A DNA stretch of 64,000 bases from Eledone cirrhosa (Eukaryota): NCBI GenBank assembly GCA_964016885.1, contig OZ024740.1:407960001-408024000 (forward strand), read 5' to 3'. The position numbers and the translations under genes were made by a program. Below, piece by piece: positions 27,401 to 38,667 of this stretch. How positions within the stretch are numbered: the first letter of the stretch is position 1; the number at the start of each line of letters is the position of its first letter. The notes below the pieces were generated by a model. It saw only the letters and a list, made by a program, of their open reading frames with translations, had not been told where the DNA came from and did not search any database.

Positions 27401-27719
27401 TTATGTTCTTGGACAGAACATTTCATTCTACATTTCTTTACCTCACATCTATATGAATGATAGGTACGAGATTGATGTCATTTCATTAGCTTAATCAAGT
27501 AAAGGTTACATCCACAAACACATGTGCATGCATATACACAGAGATACAGACATATACACACACAGACACACTCACTCTCTCACACACACAGACACACTCG
27601 CTCTCTCACACACACACAGACAGGCACACACACACACTGATACACACAGAGACACACTCACACACCCACCCACAGACAGACACACACATATATTTCCTCA
27701 TTGACATCATCCTCAGCAT

Positions 27720-28500
27720 TATTTTACTTCTACTTTCCATGTTAGCATTGGTCGGCTGGGTCACCACAGTCTCAGTTAGTCTTTATTTGTAGAGCCTTGA
27801 TTGTAGAGGATCACAACATCTTGCTCATTACAAATGAAGACATTATACATCTCAACCTCCATCATTTGAATGTCTGTTTTTGCCAGTTGTTTGTCATCTC
27901 CTTTGTTAGGTTCAGCTTCTGGAGGTCAGCCTTTGCCATTTTGTTTGGTGTCTTCCTAGGACTCCTGCTTCAATAGGTCCCAGCTACTTCAAGCATTCAG
28001 CACTTCTTTGTACAATGAGCATTCTCCATGCACATTACATGTCCATACAAATGCACACTACATCTAATTTCTTTTATATTCAACTTTTTCCTCAGCTCAT
28101 TTGTGCTCTGTTGTTCATGCAAACTAACATTCAGAAGATAATGCTTGCTAAATCTCTTTGCAAGTCCTCTCCAGTCAGTGCTTGATACCATGTAGCATTG
28201 CACTTCAGACACAAGCAACATACAATCTATCCTTCATTCTAAGAGAGGAACCCTTTGTTACTAGTGAGGTAGAGGCTCCCTAAAACATTTTCACTCCATT
28301 CTAACTCAAGCTACTATGTTTTTGAAATACCCCCCTTCACTGCAAATTAGACCACCTAGGTAACAAAACCGATCACTTACTACATGGAACCTTCCAGTCA
28401 TTTGAAAATATCTATTTCATTTGTACTCTCTGCTGACTGTTCCCCTGCACCTGCCAATACAAAGTCTGCCTCTCTCAATCTGTCTGTGATGGCTATGTCT
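27720..28500 (-). pseudogene. decayed RTE LINE 3' part
   Basis: STNELRKKLNIKEIRC..LYGHVMCM matches the C-terminus of the 42527 ORF; CYLGGLI..GG motif. Confidence 0.75.
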
Positions 28501-28902
28501 CTTCTATAATATCATCTTTACTAATAATAATATATTTAAAATAATCTCATTCATTGAATTGATCTTATCGATGAGAAAAAATAATTAAGACCAATTATCA
28601 TTATATGACAAGTTTAAGGCATTGAAATAGAGGCATTGAATAGCTAGTCTTTTAACTGGAATCTGACACATAAATTGTTGATATTCAATTTGATCATTGT
28701 AATTTCTTTGTGTAATGAACCTTGAAAATATTCTGAGTATTGGATCAACCTTAAACACAGCCAGTCGATCATACAAGGTCCTATAGCAATATGATTGAAG
28801 ATACTATGGTGATAAAATTGAAGGTACTGTGGTAATAAAGTATCTAGTATCTGGTACATATGCTTCACTCAATGCTTGATTGATTCAGCCCAGCGTGTGA
28901 GA

Positions 28903-28934
<32 letters not shown>

Positions 28935-28937
<3 letters not shown>

Positions 28938-29800
28938 TAAACAGGGAGTGCCTCGTTAAAAACATTATTTACCGGTGCGATGTCACAGCGGACCAAAAAC
29001 TACATAGGGGCGATGTTGACTACGTTTAAGGAACACTGGTATAACCACAAAAGCTCCTTCAAACACAGGCTCAAATGATCCCAAACATGACTGGCGGACT
29101 TGATCTGGAACCTCAAAGACAAGAACATGGAATACCAGATCAAGTGGACAGTTAAAAGGCGTGTGGCCCAACTCCCCAACGACAAAAACCACTGCAGATT
29201 ATGCCTGGCCAAAGCGGCTGAGATCATTAAATTGAAATCGGCCATAAACTCAAGATCTGACATAATTATAAACTGCAGACACACCAGAATGACCACCTTC
29301 TCTGCACAAACATTCGACTGAGGGCCAACCACTAACCCTTGATCCAACATAGGGATAACCAACTTTGCTTTTCCACACTGTCCCTCATCTCAATACATTA
29401 GTCTTCTATAACATGTAACCCATGGTAAGATCAGATCTTGTAAATATTATGTCGCACCCTTCACCCCTACCACCACCACCAACAAACACTTCGCCATACA
29501 CCCCCACCTCAATACTATTGTATTCTATGTGTCTTCTCTGTCAGGTATTAAACTTGTAAAAACCGAGCCTGTAAATATGATGTCAAACAAACCACCACCA
29601 AACACAACGCCATACGTACACCACCCCTCAGTCCAGTATCCCGTGTTCCCTATGTCACTTTTTAACCTGTAATCCATCGTAAAATTCGACCCTGCAAATA
29701 TTATGTCACAACCACCACCACCACCACCAGACACATCGCCATACTTACACAACCATCAACATCACCAACACATATCATCCCTCCTTAAATCACCTACATG
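28935..29800 (+). mobile_element. 5'-truncated Penelope-like element: GIY-YIG endonuclease remnant plus start of 3' UTR
   Basis: Starts right after (TA)n. Reads LNRECLVKNIIYRCDV, a frameshift, then NYIGAMLTTFKEHWYNHKSSF, two stops, then LADLIWNLKDKNMEYQIKW...CRLCL...INSRSDIIINCRH, the IIY/YIG and CxLC..N.RS....CRH pattern of Penelope-type GIY-YIG domains. Confidence 0.85.
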
Positions 29801-29879
29801 TAGGGTGATTGTTGAGTTCAAGATAGCTGACAAATGGTGTGGTTTTCACCCCGGAGGCAGCACAGCTGACCAAAACATT

Positions 29880-30840
29880 CAAACTGTGGCAATTCTTTGA
29901 GAAATCATAGTATTACAGCCAAGAGGTGTATTCTTGTTTCATAGACCTCGAATAGGTATATGACCACATTCCACAGGACCTGATGTGGAAGGTTCTGCAG
30001 GAGTATGGGATCAATGGACAGCTTCTTATTGCCCTGATGTCTTTATAAATGGTGCTAAGTTGAAACCATTCAATGTTGATGTCAGACTCTGCCAAGGGTG
30101 TATTCCATCACTTTTCCTGTTATATAATCTTCATGGACAGGATTGACATGCTCAGCCAGGTTGAAAGTGATATTGCAACAGGTGGGTTTAGGATCAGTCA
30201 GCTGGAATTTGAAGACATAATGCTACTTAACTCATCAGAAAGTGATCTCTGACATGTACTGATAGGTTTGATGCCGAGTGTTGCATGGCAGGAATGTAAA
30301 ACAGTGCTACAAAAAATGAGACATTCATTCTTTCAAGGAAGCTGCACAGTGCACTCTACAGGAGATGGTGCAGTAATGGGCCAGCTTTGGCATTCGGCCG
30401 TCAGAGAGAGGAGGTAAGTGTAAAAACCAAACTTGTTATCTGCAATTCGGTATTTGTGCTAACCCTTACCTATGGTCATGAATGTTGAGTAATGACAGAA
30501 AGAATACGATGGGGTATACAAGTCTCTGAAAGTGTTTTGAGTAATGTTACTTGTTAGAGTGCATAGCTCAGAGAGTCACTCCATGTAGAACTGCTACTTC
30601 TCCAAATTGAGAGATCATAGCTTTGATATTACAGACACGTGGTTAGAATATTTCAGAAAATAATAGCTGGAAAGATTTTATGGGCAAAACCAATCAGCAG
30701 GAGAACCAAGTGTAGACTCAGAACAAGATGTTTGGATAACATTCATGAGTTTATCTTGTCCAGCCAGATCAATTAGAAATGGTTGTTTTTAACAAGACCC
30801 ACTGAAATGTGTGCTTTATGGCTCTGCCCCCATGACTCTA
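29880..30840 (+). pseudogene. decayed RTE-clade (Expander-like) LINE fragment
   Basis: WKVLQEYGINGQLL, RLCQGCI.S..LF, LTYGHEC.VMTERIR and G.R.K.R.RTR motifs with many stops. Confidence 0.7.
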
Positions 30841-31939
30841 TATTAAAACTTCATAAAATATATTCTCCATGCTTGAGAATTTCAAAACCACACCATCTAA
30901 ACATAATGTGTTGATTATCTGTCTTGGCATATAAACAGGGTTTGGATTTTTATCTATTTCTCAGACATAAAATAGGAGCTCAGCTTATACTCATCCAGTG
31001 GGTAAGCCAATAAACACTGTGAACACTTCATATATATAATTATATATATATATGCATGTATATCTATATATGTCTCTCTTTCTCTCTCTCTCCCTATATA
31101 TATATATATATATATATATACATACACACACACACATGCATATGCTAACAGTACAGGATAGAGGGGGGGGGGGCTCTGAAGTTATATTAGAGACAATTCC
31201 TCTAGTGCTAATGTCATGATAAAATGTATAACGTACACTCTGTAAAGTTGTTGACATTAAGAAGGGCATCTAGCTATAGAAACCATGACAAAAATGAAAT
31301 GCATTGAAGGAAACATGGTTCACCCACATTGTTAGTGGCGCGGAAGACAGTAGCTCTGATTAAGAACTACATAGTCTGTAATGTCTTGTCCAACCTTTGC
31401 CAACATGGAAAGAAAAATAGACATAAAATGATGATGATATATCTATATATATATTCTTATATTCAAGAATATATACTACATTATGAAAGGGAATAAATCA
31501 AAATGCCTATTACCCATAAATGTCTATGGTAAAGCTTACAATATTATAAAATTGATTTTCAATCGATGATGATAAATCAAAATGTAGATTTGAAGTACCA
31601 TTATCATGTTTTTTACTTTTTTCAATTCAGTAACAATTTCTGCAACAATAACTTATAACTAAAAAATATATGACTCTAGAGAGACATTTTTTTCATAATA
31701 CCTTTGAGTTGTTTATTGCCAAGCATATTCTTTGTTATATAATGGTGTTCCTGACCAAATGTAAACATACCATAACTGAATGGATTGCTGGAGCATCACA
31801 GATATTAATTCCGAATAATATTGGAGCTTATAACATTGAAAATAAAAATAAAATGCAATTATGTACATATTACAATTTTACATAAACTGCATAAAATTGG
31901 AAAATCTGATATGAAAGAAGCGTAATATGAATCTACTCG

Positions 31940-31974
<35 letters not shown>

Positions 31975-32277
31975 ATATGTAAATGTTAAATTTGAATAAG
32001 TATATATTATTGGCTAAGATTTTTAGTAAGATGTTCATGAATGTGATAGTAAACATTAAATGTGTATGTGTATGTGTGTGTATATATATGTGTGTGTGAG
32101 TATGTGTATAGAAGTATATATATATAAATATAAAAAAAAAATTAGAATTTTATTTCTCGCCTTAGCACAGCTGATACATAAGTATCACATGTACACACAC
32201 ACACATATATATATATATACACATATATATATATATACATACATGAATATATATATATATTTATATATATATATATA

Positions 32278-32583
32278 ACAAAGGAAGTGTGGAAAGGAAC
32301 CAGGTGGACCATAACGCATTGAGTACTCGATACCTTGAGTAGTAGAGTGGGTAATAGGAAAAGAGTCAGGACCCCGACGGCTGAGCTCCGGCCAGAGCTC
32401 AGCCATCAGGGTCCTGACTCTTTTCCTATATATATATATATATATAACGAAGGAATTGTGGTAAGGAACCAGATGGACCATAACGCACCAGAGTACTCAA
32501 TACTTAGAGTTGTAGAGTGGGTAATAGTCCAGAAATAGCAGTCGAAATGGCTTGAGCTCTGCCGTCGGGGTCATACTTTTTCC
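32278..32583. mobile_element. two adjacent small TA-flanked elements of the 'gtactcaatac' family with hairpin/half-hammerhead
   Basis: 32278-32427 has an ~80-nt leader and a ~70-nt palindrome; 32446-32583 has the same leader plus GAAA-tggc..gccg-TC-ggggtc; same family at 55624 and 62905. Confidence 0.75.
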
Positions 32584-32600
32584 TATATATATATATATAT

Positions 32601-32798
32601 ATGAAATACGTGAAGTTGTATATCTGGTGACATACGGTATGTTTATAAATATACATTTTGAAAGCCTTTTGCTATGTTATCAGTTTTCAAATTCATGACG
32701 GAAGGCTTTCAAAATGTTTATTTATAAACATACCGTATGTCACCAGATATACAACTTTACGTATTTCATATACAAAGCTATGTTAGAGTTACTGCCCT
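32601..32798. mobile_element. TA-flanked hairpin element (68-bp arms, 33-nt loop, ~28-nt tail)
   Basis: 32601-32668 is the reverse complement of 32702-32769. Confidence 0.8.
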
Positions 32799-32874
32799 TA
32801 TATATATATATATATATATACATATTTATGTGTGTGTGTGAAGGTGCATGGCTTAGTGGTTAGAGCATTGATAT

Positions 32875-33640
32875 GGTCATGTGATGCATATAGGTGATGA
32901 TCGTTAAGAAAAGAAGAGTTCAGAAATTCTAGTGGAAGGGGTCAAGTAGAGAGAGGTCAACGGAGACCTAGGCAGAGTTGATCTCAAATCACTGAAGCTC
33001 ACAGTTGAGTTGAAGAAAGACCATAACAAATGCAAGCATGGTAAAATATGATGCCATAAAAGTAGTTGATAGTTTATCTTAACTAAGTGATCTAATTATC
33101 AGGGGAGGAGGTTGTTCTGAAAGCATAGTATCTGGTATATTAACAAGATGGAAAAGTTCAGGGAACTACTATGTTGATGATAAAGTGAAAGGTAAATCGT
33201 ATAATGCCTGTGTGAAAAGTGTTATATTGCATGCCAGAAGACATGGACAATAAATATTGAGGATATGTGATGACTGGAGTGAAATGAAGCTTACATGCTC
33301 CATTAGATCAGTAATATTTATATGCATGAATGACGAAACATGGATAAGCTGAAATAATAACTGTGTATAAAAGGTATTAAATGTAGTGTGCAAGAGAGGA
33401 GACTGTGTTGGTATAGACATTTGATGTGTATTAATGATGATCATTAGGTGAAGAAGTACCAGGAGTTACAAGTGGAATGAAGCTGTATTAAAAGAAGACA
33501 TGGTGAGAGTTGATCTCACGACACTGAACCCTACAGAGGGGCTGAAGGAGCACAAATGAAGGAACACTATGCTGGGGAAGACCCATTTAACCCATTGAAG
33601 CATGAAAAAGTGGATGTAAAATGGTGATGATGAAGACGGT
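32875..33640 (+). pseudogene. decayed RTE LINE 3' fragments
   Basis: YLN..SDLIIRGGGCSESIV and KVKGKSYNACV motifs; RTE-type gcatgaaaaagtggatgtaaaatg end. Confidence 0.65.
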
Positions 33641-33724
33641 TATATGTATATCATATTAGAATTAATTACAAATTATTGGTTAAAATTTTCAAATAAATGA
33701 CATTAAACATTATTTACATATGTT

Positions 33725-34148
33725 TGTGCACGTGTCTGTGTCTGTGAAAGTGAGTATGTTTCTGTATGTGGGTGTGTCTGTGAATGTGAGTGTATGTGTC
33801 TATGTGTCTGTGAATGTGTGTTTGTGTCTGTGAATGTGTGTATCTGAGTGTGTCTGTGTCTGAGAATGTGAATGTATGTTTCTGTGTGTGGGTGTGGCTG
33901 AGAATGTGAGTATATGTGTCTATGTGTGTCTGTGAATGTGTGTATCTGAGTGTGTCTGTGTCTGTGTCTGTGAATGTATGTTTCTGTGTGTGGGTGTGTC
34001 TGTGAATGTATGTTTCTGTGTGTGGGTGTGGCTGTGAATGTGTGTGGGTGTGGCTGTGAATGTGAATGTGTGTTTCTGTGTGTGTCTGTGAATGTGTGTA
34101 TCTGAGTGTGTCTGTGTCTGTATGTTTCTGTGTGTGGGTGTGGCTGTG
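33725..34148. repeat. TG-rich compound minisatellite
   Basis: Shuffled gtgtctgtgaatgtg / gtatgtttctgtgtgtggg units. Confidence 0.9.
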
Positions 34149-34297
34149 AGTAGGTGTTGATATATGTTGTTTGGATTCTGACTCTAGTTTATAACTGATT
34201 TCTGACTATTAAATTGAAATCAATATTTTCATAAACTAGGAATTGGAATACCTAAGGTGTTTGGCAACCAACTAGAAAGAGTTAAGAAAAGCAATAA

Positions 34298-34378
<81 letters not shown>

Positions 34379-34489
34379 ATGTATGTGTATATATGTATGT
34401 GTATGTATACCCATGCTAGCGTGGAAGATAGACGTTAAGCGATGATGATAAGGATGATGCGGTTGATGATGATATATATCTATCTATCT

Positions 34490-34681
34490 AAGGCGGGTAA
34501 AATTCCCGAGATCCATGGACGAGTTCTCTCCAGCGGTCTCTGTCCCTCATTACCGCTGCCATGCCCTGCATCCCCAACAGACCAGTGTCTGTCCTTAGGG
34601 CATCAACATACGTTAACCTTGGTCTTCCTCTTCTAGTGTGTCCATGTAGGGGCTCCCAAAGGAGTACTAAGTGCAATGTAA
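34490..34681 (-). pseudogene. RTE-clade LINE C-terminal fragment (different family)
   Basis: LVLLWEPLHGHTRRGRPRLTYVDAL..DTGL...MRDRDRWRELV. Confidence 0.75.
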
Positions 34682-34705
34682 ACAAGAGTTTACTGAATTC
34701 AGATA

Positions 34706-34743
<38 letters not shown>

Positions 34744-34767
34744 TATCTGAATTCAGTAAACTCTTGT
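34682..34767. repeat. perfect 86-bp palindrome centred on (TA)n
   Basis: acaagagtttactgaattcagataagact-(at)n-agtcttatctgaattcagtaaactcttgt. Confidence 0.95.
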
Positions 34768-34941
34768 GAATTTTTTTAACTTGTAACCCACAAACAATTT
34801 CAGTGATAAATATTCAAAAAATTTATCTATTAATACAAATTCTTAGTGAAATACTACAATTGTAAAGTTGTGACATCAGCTCGGATCCGCATAAGGTGAA
34901 ATATTTGTTCTCGGTATGGTCAACTAACTATTGTGGAACTA

Positions 34942-34992
<51 letters not shown>

Positions 34993-34997
<5 letters not shown>

Positions 34998-35503
34998 GGA
35001 GGTGAGTTTTATTGTAGTACAATAAAGCAATGCAGATATTTTTTTTTTTTTTTTCATCCTTTCCACCCCCCCCTCTCCCTAAATAAAATACTTTTTCCTC
35101 GCACATATCCTCCTTTCGTTGATTTTCAAAAATTTTTTTGGGGTTTATACATTATCTTCCAACGGTTTTCAACCTCTCTGTGTCAGACAGTATATCTCCT
35201 CTCAGTTATAAAAGCTATCTCTTTCTCTCTATCACCCATCTCTCCCTCTCATCTCCTCCCCTTTTTCATCCTTTCCACCCCACCCCCTCTCTAAATAAAA
35301 TATTTTTCCCAATATCACACATCAATCTAAAACCACTTTTCATATGTTGATTTAAAACTGCACTATCCACAAGTGTTTTTTAGCCTTCATATCATGTTCT
35401 CCTGTTTTATCTGATGAAAACACAAATATTATTGCATGATGATGTTTGTTTTTGAAATGCGCATAATAAAATACATGGAACTCCTTTAACCATCTTTTGA
35501 TCT

Positions 35504-35510
<7 letters not shown>
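34993..35510 (+). mobile_element. TA-flanked hammerhead element (long form of the 50634/50893 unit)
   Basis: Same start (atgtaggaggtgagt) and end (gatcttatatt) as the 50.6-51.1 kb units, plus ~300 bp of CT-rich interior. Confidence 0.85.
35403..35473 (+). ncRNA. type I hammerhead ribozyme
   Basis: Stem I UGUUUUAU/AUAAAAUA; CUGAUGA; ~15-bp stem II; GAAA; palindromic stem III AUGCGCAU; H17=A. Confidence 0.85.
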
Positions 35511-35559
<49 letters not shown>

Positions 35560-35563
<4 letters not shown>

Positions 35564-36010
35564 ATACATTAACGGAGCCATAGACTCTCGCCGTTCCCTG
35601 TAAATAATGTGCTCTAAGGAGAGGAAATCCTGGGCACTTTGAAATACAATATGTTGAAAAGGTAACACACTAGAGAGAGATACAGTGCGGCACCAATAAT
35701 ACAGGGAAAAAACCACCAGTGTATGGAATCTATAACCTATGAAAGGCAGAGTATAGACACGATAATTAAAAATATAAATTAAAGCGTAAATAAATACCTC
35801 TATAACTATATAACACATGTACAAATCACTTTGGATTTGTACGTGTGTTATATAGTTATAGAGGTATTTATTTACGCTTTAATTTATATTTTTAATTATC
35901 GTGTCTATACTCTGCCTTTCATAGGTTATAGATTCCATACACTGGTGGTTTTTCCCTGTTTTATTGGTGGCGCACTGTATCTCTCTCTAGTGTGTTACCT
36001 TTTCAACATA
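35560..36010. mobile_element. TA-flanked snap-back palindrome (177-bp arms)
   Basis: 35650-35827 is the reverse complement of 35834-36010, with a 6-nt loop and a 90-nt unpaired extension on the left. Confidence 0.85.
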
Positions 36011-37063
36011 TATATATATATATAGTTACCGAAGAGGGCCATCTTTTCAGCGTTGTGTTAAACAGTTATTAGCCTGCGAATGATTCCACAAACCTGCCTC
36101 ACTCCTGCACACTATTTTACAGATGTAACCTGTTCCTTATGCACTCTCATGAGTCCAGCAGGTTTTTAAATCAAACCCATCTTTAATCTCTACAATTGTT
36201 TCTGTACAGATGACAGATGTGTATACAATGAATCAATCTGATGCAATTAATAATCATTCACAGAGTATAAATCTTTACATGAATTTCTTCAGGAGTGGGA
36301 AAGAAAGTTAATTTACCACAAGTAACAAGAATATAAGCAAACAATGAAAGAATGCAGAAAACAGATGCAAGTAGAAAAATGGTAAATAGAGGGAAATAGT
36401 ATTTTTGAACTTGTGAAGCGCTTAGCCATATAGGTTTTTGGTGTAAGCGTTAATTATATGATGGTATAGCAGTAATATCATGTTGTAAAAGATGGAAAGA
36501 GAAAAGTTAGACTATCGAAAATCAAAGAAATTGCTCCAGAATGTGAAGTTATTAAGCTCATATATACTTGAATATAACTCCCCACCACAACTTTATGTCT
36601 GATAAATAGGTGAACATCCAAACCTTGTTTATAAACTGAGGCAGCTAATCAGCACATTGTTTAGATGGCGTATATAAGCTAACCTCCCATTTTACCATCG
36701 ATTTTTTGGTCACCTATTCCTTCGCTTATATTTGAGTATATAAGATATATTTTTAGTACAGATTAAAAGTTTGAGAAAACAATTTCAGCTTTCTTTCTAA
36801 AGTGGGATCTTCTGTAACTGAAATATATCAATCTGTGGTTGCAGATATAAATATTTTCCAAAAATAGAAATACTTAATGGTAACACATGAAAACATTCAC
36901 TTGAGATACAGTAACTTGTATGCAAAGAGAATAAAAGAGATCTAATTACATCATTAATTGAAGCATGAACAATAGCCAAATATTTTCCTACTGCTTTGTC
37001 TGAAAAAACTAAGATACTGAGGGTATTGATGATACTGACAATGGTGATGATGATGGTGATAAT

Positions 37064-37395
37064 AATAATTGTTTCTATTTTAGGCACAAGGCCAGCAATT
37101 ACCCAGTGCATTACTGGTACTTTATTTTATCGACCCCGTAAGGATGAAAGGCAAAGTCAACCTCGGCGGGATTTGAACTCAGATCGTAAAGGGACGTAAC
37201 TATGCTGGAAAGCATGGCGTCCGACCCTCTACCGATACTGCCAATCCAATGATAATAAACATATTATAATTGTTTCTACTTTTGGCACAAGGCCAGCAAT
37301 TACCCCAGTGCATTACTGGTACTTTATTTTATCGACCGCGTAAGGATGAAAGGCAAAGAGAACCTCGGCGGGATTTGAACTCAGATCATAAAGGG
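37064..37395 (-). mobile_element. SINE family A, full copy plus adjacent truncated copy
   Basis: 37064-37245 is full length; 37265-37395 is 5'-truncated. Confidence 0.85.
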
Positions 37396-37945
37396 ATCAT
37401 AAACATATTATAATACTGCTTGTGTTTCATACATTTGTAACATATGTTACACTTTAATTACATACACACACATCTACACATAAATACATAACCAGATACA
37501 CAGACAATAGAAGTGCACACACACACACATCAACTCATACATATTCATAAATAGACACATTATACAAAATAATTATTACACGCACACACACATGTATGTA
37601 ATGATTGAGGAAGGAAGGGGCTGGTGAAACACTATAGCGATGAGCATTCCAAAATTAGCTACACTTGTGTGAGTGTATGTGTGTGTTTTGTGTGTTTGCA
37701 CATTTATATTTATATACTCATACATACAGTTGTAATGAATTGTGTGTGTGTGTGTGTGTGTGTGTACAGAGACATGAGAATATGAATGAAGAACAGAGAC
37801 AAATTATTTTAGAGCAAGGTAGACTGCGACAACAGGAGAGAAGAGATAATATACAACTAGACGAATGTCTTTTGAATAGTTCCTCATTATTTTTTTGGCT
37901 GTGGAATTACCACGGGTCTCGCTAATAGTAATAATAATAAACTGA

Positions 37946-38140
37946 TAATAATTGTTTCTACTTTTGGCACAAGGCCAGCAATTACCCCAGTGTATTACTG
38001 GTACTTTATTTTATCGACCCCGTAAGGATGAAAGGCAAAGTTAACCTCGGCGGGATTTGAACTCAGAACGTAAAGGGCCGTAACTCTATGCTGCAAAGCA
38101 TGGTGTCCGACTCTCTACCGATACTACCAATCCACCACCC
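37946..38140 (-). mobile_element. SINE family A
   Basis: Full family A sequence. Confidence 0.85.
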
Positions 38141-38511
38141 TGATAATAATGAAAAAGGTAAATATTCTAGAAGTAAAGACTAATGGTAGGCTATTTGTTG
38201 TTATACATAGATATGCACTTACAAGTGTGATGCATGTGCATCAAAGAGAGAGCTCTTCAATCAAGCCAAGAACATGACAGCCTCCCTATTGCTGTTGTCA
38301 CAATAAAATGCAACCAATACACTCTGTAAAGTGACTGGCATTACAAAAGGTATTCAGTTGTAAAAAAACATGATAAAACGAAATGTTCCTTCAACTCGTC
38401 TAGAATTGTAGCTCTGTAATGACCTGTCAAATCCATTCCAGCATGGAAAATTTGATATAAAATATTAATGTTGATGATATTTATACAAGATGTGCATGAA
38501 TTACATATACA

Positions 38512-38667
38512 CTATGCTTTGCAGCATAGAGTTATAACCCTTTACGTTCTGAATTCAAATCCTGCCAAGGTTAACTTTACCTTTCATCCTTATTGGGTGG
38601 ATAAAGTAAAGCACCAGTAATGCACTGGGGTAATTGCTGTCCTTGTACCAAAAGTAGAAACAATTAT
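38512..38667 (+). mobile_element. SINE family A, diverged
   Basis: gaattcaaatcctgccaagg...aaagtagaaacaatt. Confidence 0.75.

Noticed and set aside
35608-35660. CTAAGGA...GAAA as a hammerhead
   Set aside because: Core G5 is missing and no valid stem III/UH/stem I pairing was found.
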